From Flavobacteriales bacterium (GTDB lineage: Bacteria; Bacteroidota; Bacteroidia; Palsa-965), in contig JBEIPA010000007.1 of NCBI GenBank assembly GCA_040377305.1, forward strand, positions 163,880-227,879: a stretch of 64,000 nucleotides of DNA, given 5' to 3'. A program made the position numbers and the translations under genes. Below, piece after piece: positions 48,062-57,659 of this stretch (position 1 is the stretch's first letter; every line of letters begins with the position of its first letter). The notes under the pieces are model-generated. The model was not told the origin of the DNA and searched no databases. It was given only the letters and a program-made list of their open reading frames with translations.

Positions 48062-48727
48062 ATGAAGAAGATCTTATCCGCAATACTAGTATCGTTTAGC
48101 CTCAGCGCATTTGCCTGTGGCGGTTATGCCGACCTGTATCCGAAATGGTCAATTGGTGTGATTGGCTACGGCAATTCCAATATGTCAGTTGTTGGAATGC
48201 AAGGAATGATTCTACCCGGAGTTCAATTCACACATCAGTTCGGTAATGGCTTCTGGGCGCAACGTGTAGCGATTGAGTATTCCCGTTTTACTTCACCCAC
48301 GCCCGAATTTCCTCCGGGGAGTGCAGATATGATGTCAATGCAAGGTAAAGAGAATCGTGTGCTCGTACGCGTTGGATTAGAGCGCGGATGGTTTGTGCTT
48401 CGCGGGATCCGTCCTTATGCGGCACTGGATCTGGGATTTCAGTACGACAATTACGACATGCATCTTGAAGGTGGAATTGCGGGATTCAATCAGCGCAATG
48501 AGATCAAGACCAAAGGAGTTGGTTTGATGCCGACCCTCGGATTGAAAACTTACCTCGGAAGAAAGATTTGCATTTATGCCGAGTATCGTGCAGAAGCGTT
48601 CCTCAATGATGTGGATACGAAAACCACTGATTACCGGGGATATGCTGATTACCGTCCCACAAGCGAAACAGAATTTACTTTGACAGCAGGGAAGATTTGG
48701 CAGGCAGGCGTGCAAGTGATGTTCTAA
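48062..48727 (+). CDS. Outer-membrane beta-barrel protein (PorT/OmpW-like 8-strand)
   Basis: Signal peptide, alternating amphipathic strands, C-terminal QAGVQVMF beta-signal. Confidence 0.75.
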   Translation: MKKILSAILVSFSLSAFACGGYADLYPKWSIGVIGYGNSNMSVVGMQGMILPGVQFTHQFGNGFWAQRVAIEYSRFTSPTPEFPPGSADMMSMQGKENRVLVRVGLERGWFVLRGIRPYAALDLGFQYDNYDMHLEGGIAGFNQRNEIKTKGVGLMPTLGLKTYLGRKICIYAEYRAEAFLNDVDTKTTDYRGYADYRPTSETEFTLTAGKIWQAGVQVMF

Positions 48728-48729
48728 AT

Positions 48730-48810
48730 CAGTGCACAGTATTCAGTACGCAATACGCAGTGCGTACTGAATACTGTGCACTGCGTACTGAATACTGCGC
48801 ACTGCATACT
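48730..48810. repeat. Heptamer (CAGT[A/G]NN / TACTG) array forming a 23-bp perfect inverted repeat
   Basis: cagtgcacagtattcagtacgca (48730-48752) is the reverse complement of 48761-48783; a second near-copy lies at 48782-48804. Confidence 0.85.
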
Positions 48811-48821
48811 ATCTTTGTATC

Positions 48822-49931
48822 GTGACGATTCCCTCTCTTCAACTCGATCTCGAACCAATTTCAACCTGGCTTCCGGCTAAATGGAAAAAGCTGCTCATTG
48901 CGGGTCCATGCGGTGCGGAGAGTGAAGATCAGTTGCTCGATACTGCGAAACAACTTGCAGCTGCAAATCAAATCAGTTTGTTGCGCGCGGGTGTTTGGAA
49001 ACCACGAACTCGTCCGGGCGCTTTTGAAGGTCACGGGGAAACTGCTTTGAAGTGGTTGCACACCATGCGAGCAGAAACCGGATTGCCTTTCACCGTTGAA
49101 GTTGCGAATGCAGAACACGTTGAACTTGCACTCAAATACAAAACAGATGTATTGTGGGTCGGTGCGCGCACTACTGTGAATCCATTCTCCGTTCAGGAAA
49201 TTGCGGATGCTGTAAAAGGCACGGACGTTCCTGTGCTGGTGAAAAATCCCTTGAATGCCGATGTGCAATTATGGATCGGTGCACTCGAGCGATTCAACCG
49301 CGCAGGAATAAAAAAACTCGGAGCTATTCACCGCGGATTTCATCACGGCGTGAAAACGCAATATCGTAATCAGCCTCTCTGGGAAATTCCGATTGCACTC
49401 AAAGCAGCAAACAAAAATCTGCCACTCATTTGCGATCCGAGTCATATCTGCGGGCGACGGGATATTCTCCAGCAGGTTGCACAAAAAGCGCTCGACCTGA
49501 ACTTCGACGGATTGATGATGGAAGTTCATCGCGATCCGGCAACAGCACTGAGTGATGCTGCACAACAGCTTACTCCAGCGTTGTTCGAAGAAATGCTTTC
49601 GAAACTCATCGTGCGTGAATCAACAACGAATGATTCTGAATTCGAAATCACCCTCGCGTCCTTACGACATGTCATTGACGGGATCGATGAAGAAATCATT
49701 CAGGCATTCGCAAGAAGAATGGATGTTGTGAATCGCATAGGAGAATACAAGCGCGATCATCACGTTACCATTCTTCAGCTCGATCGCTGGCTGGAAATTC
49801 TGCAAACACGCGTTGCGGCCGGAGAATCACTCGGCATTGACAAAGATGTGCTTGTGGAGTTGTGCCAGCTGCTTCACAAAGCTTCGATAAGAAGACAGAC
49901 GGAAGTGATGAATACAGTGCGCACCACCTAA
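48822..49931 (+). CDS. Bifunctional DAHP synthase (type I-beta) / chorismate mutase
   Basis: IAGPCGAES, RAGVWKPRTRPGAFEG, GARTTVNPF, IHRGF, DPSHI; C-terminal LR..ID.ID...RM...IG.YK. Confidence 0.93.
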   Translation: MTIPSLQLDLEPISTWLPAKWKKLLIAGPCGAESEDQLLDTAKQLAAANQISLLRAGVWKPRTRPGAFEGHGETALKWLHTMRAETGLPFTVEVANAEHVELALKYKTDVLWVGARTTVNPFSVQEIADAVKGTDVPVLVKNPLNADVQLWIGALERFNRAGIKKLGAIHRGFHHGVKTQYRNQPLWEIPIALKAANKNLPLICDPSHICGRRDILQQVAQKALDLNFDGLMMEVHRDPATALSDAAQQLTPALFEEMLSKLIVRESTTNDSEFEITLASLRHVIDGIDEEIIQAFARRMDVVNRIGEYKRDHHVTILQLDRWLEILQTRVAAGESLGIDKDVLVELCQLLHKASIRRQTEVMNTVRTT

Positions 49932-49946
49932 AGAATTAGATTTCTT

Positions 49947-50098
49947 GCTATGACAGCCGCGGGATTCATCCCGCGGGTTCTTGGAGTAGTGAAATATTTA
50001 GAACATGAGAAACGCGGGTTTAAACCCGCGTTGGCTCATGTCATTTCAATTATTTATTCGCATGCTATCCGCGGGATGAATCCCGCGGCTGTCATAGC
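49947..50098. repeat. 152-bp three-hairpin REPIN/MITE-like element with perfect 30-bp terminal inverted repeats
   Basis: gctatgacagccgcgggattcatcccgcgg (49947-49976), its exact reverse complement (50069-50098), and a central palindrome aacgcgggtttaaacccgcgtt (50011-50032). Confidence 0.9.
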
Positions 50099-52197
50099 TG
50101 GCTCCGCACAATCGACTTTCTCCAAACGCGATCGCCGCACTGAATTTCCATCAGGTAAACTCCTTCTGCGAGATCAGTCGGTAATTGCACATTCACATAA
50201 TTTGTTCCGGAAGTTCCGTTGACTGCGAGCGGTGTAATTACTTCTCTTCCGAATGCATCATACACACGAACATCAATTTGTTCAGGAGTATTCATGTACA
50301 CCGAAAAATTAATTTCATTGGAGAATGGATTGGGATATGCATTGACTGCCTCCTGCTCAACTGCACTACTGCCTACTGAAGTGAGGTTACAGTTGTTCGG
50401 ATTGCCAAACATATTTGCATCCATCCAGGTGAGACGAAGAACGATCCACGCTTTGAGTGCATCAATTTCTTCCTGATACGACTGACGAGGTGCATCAACT
50501 TCCGGTGTTCCGGTAGCAGCACCCATGTGTCCCCAATACGCGTAGTGACGTTGCTGCGATTCATTCATCCAGCTGGCAACAGAATCGATGTAGTGGAAGA
50601 GATACGTTGTGTCGAGAATCGTTCCGCGCAATTCCTGCCAGCGACAATTTACTTCATCAGCAAATGCAGAATCCTGGAACATGCGAATGTACCAGCCTGT
50701 TCCATAAATGTCCGGACTGCAATCGTTGATGTGATGCGACCATCCGGAACCATCTGTTGCCTGAAAAATAGAACAGTCCCAGATATTTTTCCACGCCCAG
50801 TCAAAATCCCAAACCGGACCGGCTTTTAGTTTGCCGATGTTGCCTGCAGAATCATCTTTCTCCTTGTAGAAGTAACAGCTCTTTTTGAACCCATCTGTAT
50901 TTCTGGCAAGCTCATTCACGAAGAAATAATCCATGAAGGAACGCGTGCTCAGGTACTTGCTATAACCGTTTGCCGTGTCAGTGAAATTGGGACCATACAA
51001 CGCCGTTTCCATATCGTAAATGAATCCCTGGATGTATGTTTTTTGCTGAGGAACAATTTCATCGTACGCCGGATAATTATACACGAGGTGAATATCAAAA
51101 CCGGGATGATCAATGGGTGAGTAACTCGACTGCCATGAATTATTGTTGTCCCAATAATCCGTTTTGAGAATATAACCTCCTGTCACTTCCCGTCCGGCAA
51201 TATCGGTAGGATTCAGTTTCGCAATATCAACACGATTGTCATCACGCTTGATGGTTTCACAGAGCTGATATATTCCCTGATACTCTCCGTTGAGAACAAC
51301 TTCCACCATCACAGAACGTGGAGCATAGTGCCCCATGGATTCGAACAAATTATTCGCGAGTGTATTGCGAACGAATGATTTGTCGTTGTAAGTCGCAAGC
51401 AAACACCAGTCGTTTTCAGAAGGCATTCCAAGCAAAGGAACATTAATCGAATTTCCGTTAATGTCCCATGTTTCGAAACGATAGGGCTTCTGCGGTAGTC
51501 CTGCTGAAAAATTTCCGCGCACTTCAATTCCCACTTTGCCATTGTATTCGTTGAATGGGTCGGACATGTTATTACGCACACTAACGCCGTTGTAGATGAT
51601 TCCCATATCAGCCATGATTTGCGGATCATCCGGAATCGATTGATTGTTTGTGTTGATGACAACAATCGGAAGATTTGAATCGGTGAACGGTGTATACGGT
51701 GCTGGATTATTGCCGAACGTGATGCTGAATGAAATAACATTTCCCGCGTCGGCAGGATACGTGTCGACAACGCGAAGTTTCCACGTACCATTTCCGTTTT
51801 GTCCGTTGTTCACACGACCGATTTCGCCCATGGGAATAAATGTTCCGGTGAATGGAGCAGTACCCGTCGTAATTGAATTCGACGCGAACGCATTGAAACA
51901 GGTGTTGGTGTAGTTATCGTCAGAGCCACCTTGTCCCATTGTGAGTGAAGATGTGGTTCCGTCAGGAGAGATGATGTAAATATTCAGATCGGCATCCCAC
52001 GTGTGCGTGAGATTGATGCAAACTGTTTCCAATCCGAAATTGAGCGTGTCGATCATCGATGGAGAAAGCCCGCTAACAACGAGGTTGTATTCTGTTGTGG
52101 CGTTGTCGTTGATAGCCGCGTTGGGATTTGCGGTAAAGGTTTGAGATGTACCTGCAAGACAAATAGAAACGAAGGATACAAGAAATAGTTTTCTCAT
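50092..52197 (-). CDS. CotH kinase-family protein (P-domain + CotH + T9SS CTD), paralog 1
   Basis: Signal MRKLFLVSF..S|Q; P-domain (NLTHTWDADL...NGTWKLRVVD); GIEVRG..S..QKPY, YQGIY, NELARNTDG, GPVWDFD; YPNPF CTD. Confidence 0.9.
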   Translation of the reverse strand: MRKLFLVSFVSICLAGTSQTFTANPNAAINDNATTEYNLVVSGLSPSMIDTLNFGLETVCINLTHTWDADLNIYIISPDGTTSSLTMGQGGSDDNYTNTCFNAFASNSITTGTAPFTGTFIPMGEIGRVNNGQNGNGTWKLRVVDTYPADAGNVISFSITFGNNPAPYTPFTDSNLPIVVINTNNQSIPDDPQIMADMGIIYNGVSVRNNMSDPFNEYNGKVGIEVRGNFSAGLPQKPYRFETWDINGNSINVPLLGMPSENDWCLLATYNDKSFVRNTLANNLFESMGHYAPRSVMVEVVLNGEYQGIYQLCETIKRDDNRVDIAKLNPTDIAGREVTGGYILKTDYWDNNNSWQSSYSPIDHPGFDIHLVYNYPAYDEIVPQQKTYIQGFIYDMETALYGPNFTDTANGYSKYLSTRSFMDYFFVNELARNTDGFKKSCYFYKEKDDSAGNIGKLKAGPVWDFDWAWKNIWDCSIFQATDGSGWSHHINDCSPDIYGTGWYIRMFQDSAFADEVNCRWQELRGTILDTTYLFHYIDSVASWMNESQQRHYAYWGHMGAATGTPEVDAPRQSYQEEIDALKAWIVLRLTWMDANMFGNPNNCNLTSVGSSAVEQEAVNAYPNPFSNEINFSVYMNTPEQIDVRVYDAFGREVITPLAVNGTSGTNYVNVQLPTDLAEGVYLMEIQCGDRVWRKSIVRSQL

Positions 52198-52384
52198 AAA
52201 AAGTGATTCGGGTTTACGCATTCGTGTTTTCTTCATCGGTGTCCGCCTGACGGGGTTGCTTTCCGCCACGGCGGACAGGCGTGCCTCGCAACGACGGTCA
52301 CACTTTTTATTGTTGGTATCGATTTATATGCTCGTGATGACGGCCGCACCTTTATTGTGCTACCTCCCACCAACTTCGGTTCTT

Positions 52385-54481
52385 TTATTGTTGTGCCTTA
52401 ACTAAAGATTGCGTCCAAACGTTCTCGCCGCTTTGCACACGCATCATGTACATACCTGCGGGAAGATCAGTTGGTAATTGAACGTTAACCGTGTTGGTTC
52501 CGGAATTTCCGTTGATAACAACCGGCACCACCACTTCCTGTCCAAGTGAATTCACGACGGTTACTACAATGTCATCGGGCCGCGCGAGATAAACAGAGAA
52601 GTTGATTTCACTCGTAAATGGATTCGGATAAGTCTCTGCCAGTTGCGATTGCGACTGCTCACTTGTTGAGGTGAGATTACAGCCATTTAAGTTTCCCGGC
52701 ATGTTCGCATTCATCCACGCCCAGCGCAACGAAATCCAGGTTTGCAGTTCATTTACTTCTCCAACATAAGTGGTTGGTATCGGACCCGGATTTGGCCACA
52801 CGTATGTTCCAAGAATCGGCCAGGTAACAAAGTTTCTTCCTGTGCTTTCTGTGAGATAGGTTTCGAGTGAATCAGTGTAGTTCTGTAAATACGAAACGGA
52901 TAGCACGGTCATCTTCAGTTCTTCCCAGCGACATTTCAATTTGTTCTGGAACGCTGTGTCCTGCAACAAACGATCCCACCAGAATGGAATCTGCCAGTTA
53001 TCTCCGCTGCATGGTTCTGCGAAGTCAATTGCCCAGCCGGTAACATCATCACCGAGACAATAGTTTGCATTACCCCACGCAATGTCGTAATCCCAGCAAG
53101 GCCCAATGGTGAGCTTGCCGCCGTTACTCGCTTTGTCTTTGTACAAATACGTACTGAGGCGATATCCATCCACGTTGCGCGATAGTTCATTCAGTAGAAA
53201 ATAGTCTACGAATGAATTTAAATCAATGTAATGCGCATAACCAATTGCAGTATCCATGAAGTTCGGACCCGCGAGTGCGGTTTCAAAGCTGTCGATGTAC
53301 GCCTGAATGTATGCTTCCTGTTGCGGAACAATGTCAACGTCGTTGGGATATTCATACTGGAAGACGATTGTTTGTCCGTTCACATTTGTATCCGGCGCGA
53401 AGTTCGAAGTCCAGCCGCCGCCGCCGCTGCCTGTTCCTTTGTCGATTTTCACAATGTAACCTCCTGTTACCTGATCACCGGCAATGTCTGTTGGTTGAAG
53501 CTTTGCAATATCCACACGATTATTATCGCGCTTTATCTTCTCCATGAGAATATACACTCCTTGATATTCGTTGTTGATGACCAGCTCCACGTATTCACAA
53601 CGTGGCGCATACCATCCCATCATGCGTGCCAGATCATAGGTCATGTAATTATTCATCAGTGATTTGTCGCTATAGCTTGCTGATAAAATCCAATCACTTT
53701 CCTGCGGCATTCCAAGCAATGAAGTATCAATGGAGTTTCCGTTCACATCCCATGTTTCGAAACCGTACGACTTTTTCGGCATTCCTTGTGAAGAGGAACC
53801 CCGGTACTCAATTCCGATTTTACCATCGAAATTGTTGAATGGGTCGGTCATGTAGTTGCGAACACTTACACCGTTGTAGATGATTCCCATATCGCACATC
53901 AGCTTCGGCTCATCCTGAATTGCTCCTGAGCCGGTATTAATTACAACGATCGGAAGATTCGAACTTACAAACGGTATGTATGTCGCCGGATTATTTCCGA
54001 ACGTGATGCTGAATGAAATCATCGTTCCGTTGTCGGCAGGATAGGTATCCACTACGCGTAGCTTCCAGGTACCATTTCCGTTCTGACCATTGTTCACCAT
54101 TCCCATTTGTCCCTGAGGCTTGAATGTTCCGGTGAACGGAGAAGTACCTTGAGAAATTGGCGTTGTAGCCGTTGTGTTGAAGCAGGTGTTGGTGTAGTTG
54201 TCGTCCGATCCACCATTACCTAGTGTGAGCATTCCGGTGGTACCGTCAGGCGCAACGATGTAAATATTCAGATCCGCATTCCACGTGTGTGTTAGATTGA
54301 TGCAGACTGTTTCGAGACCGTGATTGGAAGTGTCGATTGCGGAAGGAGAAAGTCCGCTTACAACGAGATTGTATTCTGTTGTTGCGTTGTCCTGAATGGT
54401 GGCGTTAGGAGTTGCCGTGTAGGTTTGTGCGAAACCATTCAGTGACGCGATGAGGAAGGCAAAAAGTAAACGTGTTCTCAT
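52385..54481 (-). CDS. CotH kinase-family protein (P-domain + CotH + T9SS CTD), paralog 2
   Basis: Signal MRTRLLFAFL..FA|Q; the same P-domain; GIEYRGSSS..PKKSY, NELSRNVDG, GPCWDYD; YPNPF CTD. Confidence 0.9.
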   Translation of the reverse strand: MRTRLLFAFLIASLNGFAQTYTATPNATIQDNATTEYNLVVSGLSPSAIDTSNHGLETVCINLTHTWNADLNIYIVAPDGTTGMLTLGNGGSDDNYTNTCFNTTATTPISQGTSPFTGTFKPQGQMGMVNNGQNGNGTWKLRVVDTYPADNGTMISFSITFGNNPATYIPFVSSNLPIVVINTGSGAIQDEPKLMCDMGIIYNGVSVRNYMTDPFNNFDGKIGIEYRGSSSQGMPKKSYGFETWDVNGNSIDTSLLGMPQESDWILSASYSDKSLMNNYMTYDLARMMGWYAPRCEYVELVINNEYQGVYILMEKIKRDNNRVDIAKLQPTDIAGDQVTGGYIVKIDKGTGSGGGGWTSNFAPDTNVNGQTIVFQYEYPNDVDIVPQQEAYIQAYIDSFETALAGPNFMDTAIGYAHYIDLNSFVDYFLLNELSRNVDGYRLSTYLYKDKASNGGKLTIGPCWDYDIAWGNANYCLGDDVTGWAIDFAEPCSGDNWQIPFWWDRLLQDTAFQNKLKCRWEELKMTVLSVSYLQNYTDSLETYLTESTGRNFVTWPILGTYVWPNPGPIPTTYVGEVNELQTWISLRWAWMNANMPGNLNGCNLTSTSEQSQSQLAETYPNPFTSEINFSVYLARPDDIVVTVVNSLGQEVVVPVVINGNSGTNTVNVQLPTDLPAGMYMMRVQSGENVWTQSLVKAQQ

Positions 54482-54579
54482 AAAAGGTAATTCTGTTTTA
54501 CGCATTCTTATGTTCCTGTATGTCTCCCCGTTGTGTTGCTGCTCCCGAAAGCTATCCGGTTCGCAACGGCGACACACTT

Positions 54580-56787
54580 TTATTGTTTGATCAATGTGCG
54601 TGTCCATGTTTTGTTTCCGCTCATCACTTGCATCAGGTATGCGCCTGCCGGAAGATCGGATGGGAATGAAACCTGAATGTTGTTGGTGCCTTGTGTTCCC
54701 TGAATAACAATCGGAACGAGTACTTGTTCACCAAGTGAGTTATAGGTGGTGACCGTAATTGATTCCGGTGTTGGAAGGAAGACAGAAAGCGTAACGTCAT
54801 TCGCAAATGGATTTGGAAATGCATTTCCCGTGGTTGTCGAATTTGTATTCGCAGGAACACCCGTGAAATTGCAATTATTCAGATTGCCACCGATGTTTGC
54901 ATCCATCCACAAAAGTCGCTGATGAATCCACCACTTGAGTGTGTCCACTTCCTCCTGATAATTTTGTCCGATGTAGTAGTTGGGCCAAACGTATACGCCT
55001 TGAATGGGCCATACAGTGAAATTCCATCCCTGACTTTCATTCACAAATCCTGCAACGGAATCAATCCACGCGTCGAGATATTGTTCGCTTAGAATCGAGC
55101 CACGCAATTCTTCGTAACGGCAACGCACCTGATTGTTGAACAGTGAATCCTGTCGCATGCGTTCAAACCAGAATGGATTTTTCCAATAGTCACCCGTGCA
55201 TACGTAATTGAAATTGTATTGCCAACCGTCGTACTGTTCGCCTTCACAAAATCCGCAGTTGCCGTACGTGAGATCATAATCCCAGATCGGAGCCATCACA
55301 AGTTTGCCTGTGTCACTCGTTTTGTCTTTGTAGATGTAAAAGCTTTTCCGGTACGCGTCAATGTTCTTCGACAATTCCTGAATAATGAGTGCATCAACAC
55401 AGGAATTCACATCGACGTAGTTGCGATAGCCGGTAGCAGAATCCATAAAGTTCGGGCCAATCAAAGCTGTTTCGAAACTATCCACATACGCCCTGATGTA
55501 CGCTGCTTGCTGTGGCATGATCTCCGTTCCATCGGGATATTCGAAGTTGACGAACATAGAATCGCCCGTGGGCCACGTTGTGTAATTCGTATTCCATCCG
55601 CCTGCAACAGGTCCGCCTGCATTGTGATCGAGCTTGATGATGTATCCACCCGTAACGTCATCGCCGTAGATGTCAGTTGGCTGAAGCTTGGCAATGTCGA
55701 CACGATCACCGTCGCGTTTAACTTTCTCGAACAGAATGTAAACGCCTTTGTATTCACCATTGAGAACAAGTTCAACGGGTTTGTATCTCGGCGCATACCA
55801 TCCCATTTCCTGAATGAGGTGAAACGAAAGCATGCCGCGCATCAATGTTTTGTCGGTGTACTGCGCACTTAATATCCAGTCACTTTCTTTTGGAAATCCG
55901 CAGATGGAGCTGTCGATTGCGTAACCATTCACATCCTGCAGTTCGAGGGAATATGATTTCTTCGGCATGTTGGCTGAACTTGCGCCGCGCAATTCAATTC
56001 CGATTTTTCCATTGTAATCATTGAACGGATCTGTGATGTAATTACGATTTCCATCACCGTTCCAGATGACTCCCATATCCGCCATGACTTTCGGTTCATC
56101 AACAATTGTGTTAGTGGTGTTGATGATGAAAATCGGCAAATCGGATTCTGAAAAATCAACGGGCGCTACGAACCACGGAGGTGTTGGACCGAACAATACC
56201 GTTGCATCGTGAATCCCGAACGTCAACCAGAAACGTCCAGACATATCACTGGAATTGGCGGTTGTATTGTGAATCTGTATGGCAAGAACGTTTGTTCCTT
56301 GCACCATGATATTCTCTAAGGTATTTTCATTGACCGTGAAGTAGTCTGGATTACCACCACTGTACATTACGGCCTCGTGATTGGCAGCAAGATCATTGTA
56401 GGGAGGTTTGCCCGGGGTCGACAAGCCAGCTCTTGCTATTTCGACATTGTTGAGATACGCTACAAATCCATCGTCGTAATCGCCGTTGAGAATTGCTTTT
56501 GAAATCTTCGATGTATCGGAAATTGAAAAAGTGATTCGGATGAAAACAGATTCGTTCGCTGAAGTAGTTGTGTTGTCGTCGCCATCACTGAAGCCAAAAC
56601 CTCCGGGACCGCTCTGCCAGGAGGTTGTGTTAAAAGAAACTTTTCTCCAGTTGGTATCAGGCTCTGAAGTGGGAACAACATAACGCCACGTGTCGTTTTC
56701 GTAAACGGAAGTTTCGTAGTGATTGGTTTGCGCGGCGACAGAAGCTCCCGATAAAGTGAGCACTGAATAAAGTAAAATTCTCTTCAT
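54580..56787 (-). CDS. CotH kinase-family protein (jelly-roll N-domain + CotH + T9SS CTD), paralog 3
   Basis: WRY..P...W....F...W..G.GGFGF.DGDD, DYDDGFVAYLN, GTNVLAIQIHN; GIELRGASS..PKKSY, ELSKNIDA, APIWDYD; FPNPF CTD. Confidence 0.9.
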   Translation of the reverse strand: MKRILLYSVLTLSGASVAAQTNHYETSVYENDTWRYVVPTSEPDTNWRKVSFNTTSWQSGPGGFGFSDGDDNTTTSANESVFIRITFSISDTSKISKAILNGDYDDGFVAYLNNVEIARAGLSTPGKPPYNDLAANHEAVMYSGGNPDYFTVNENTLENIMVQGTNVLAIQIHNTTANSSDMSGRFWLTFGIHDATVLFGPTPPWFVAPVDFSESDLPIFIINTTNTIVDEPKVMADMGVIWNGDGNRNYITDPFNDYNGKIGIELRGASSANMPKKSYSLELQDVNGYAIDSSICGFPKESDWILSAQYTDKTLMRGMLSFHLIQEMGWYAPRYKPVELVLNGEYKGVYILFEKVKRDGDRVDIAKLQPTDIYGDDVTGGYIIKLDHNAGGPVAGGWNTNYTTWPTGDSMFVNFEYPDGTEIMPQQAAYIRAYVDSFETALIGPNFMDSATGYRNYVDVNSCVDALIIQELSKNIDAYRKSFYIYKDKTSDTGKLVMAPIWDYDLTYGNCGFCEGEQYDGWQYNFNYVCTGDYWKNPFWFERMRQDSLFNNQVRCRYEELRGSILSEQYLDAWIDSVAGFVNESQGWNFTVWPIQGVYVWPNYYIGQNYQEEVDTLKWWIHQRLLWMDANIGGNLNNCNFTGVPANTNSTTTGNAFPNPFANDVTLSVFLPTPESITVTTYNSLGEQVLVPIVIQGTQGTNNIQVSFPSDLPAGAYLMQVMSGNKTWTRTLIKQ

Positions 56788-56919
56788 GAATGGGGGTAAA
56801 AAGGAAGGCTGTTTGGTCAGCCCGACAAACAGGGTGAAGTTAATAAATTGTTACCCGCAGATGAAGAGAAATGCGGTCAACAATGTAACGAAAGGAGAGA
56901 AAAAACGGATTGTCGGAGA

Positions 56920-57507
56920 TTACTGACTGAATGCAGCGAGTTCTTTCAACGGAAGTGCTTTGTAGAGGGACAGCACATTTTTGGTGTTATCGCACACCTG
57001 ATCCGTAATTTCTACGAGGAAACGCTCATCTACTTCGACGAGCAAGTATGCGGTGGATTCTTTCTTGCTGTACGTTGTGAAACCGTGGTGAGTAGGCGGT
57101 ACGTCAAATTCATTGAACTCGGTTGTGCTCTTGTGCATATCGTACTTGAGTGCGTAGTCTGAAGAGAGCACAAAAGGAGCTGTGCAATATTCCGTGATGC
57201 GAACAACAAGCATGTGTCCGCGCTCATCAATGTATTCTGTGCGGACAGAATTATGCATGAGGGTATCATCGGCGCAAGGCAGCAGTGGTTCCGAATTGTG
57301 CTTTTCAAATTCTCCGAGCGAGTCGGGAAGAAATGGAGTGAATTCATCGGCCGATTGAAAACAACATTTTTTCAGTTTGTCTTTTCGGTCGGCTTCAGCG
57401 CGAAGAGAATCTTTGGTGTGTTCGATGGAATCGTGGCGGGTATCAGATACGTCCCCGGAACAGGAACAAATCACACATACACCAATGAAAAGAATCAGGC
57501 GTTTCAC
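56920..57507 (-). CDS. Hypothetical lipoprotein
   Basis: A GTG start at 57507 gives MKRLILFIGVCVICS|C (lipobox-like); track ORF 56920..57522. Confidence 0.7.
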   Translation of the reverse strand: MKRLILFIGVCVICSCSGDVSDTRHDSIEHTKDSLRAEADRKDKLKKCCFQSADEFTPFLPDSLGEFEKHNSEPLLPCADDTLMHNSVRTEYIDERGHMLVVRITEYCTAPFVLSSDYALKYDMHKSTTEFNEFDVPPTHHGFTTYSKKESTAYLLVEVDERFLVEITDQVCDNTKNVLSLYKALPLKELAAFSQ

Positions 57508-57659
57508 AGCACCAAAATACACAGAACAGCAGGAAATAATTAGTTCATGTGCGGATTAGTTGATTAGTTGATGCTTTTATAGCGAGGTGTCACAAATAGC
57601 GCCATTTACTGATGGACTGATCGGCTCATCAACCGACCCTTTTTTCGTAACTTGTCTAA

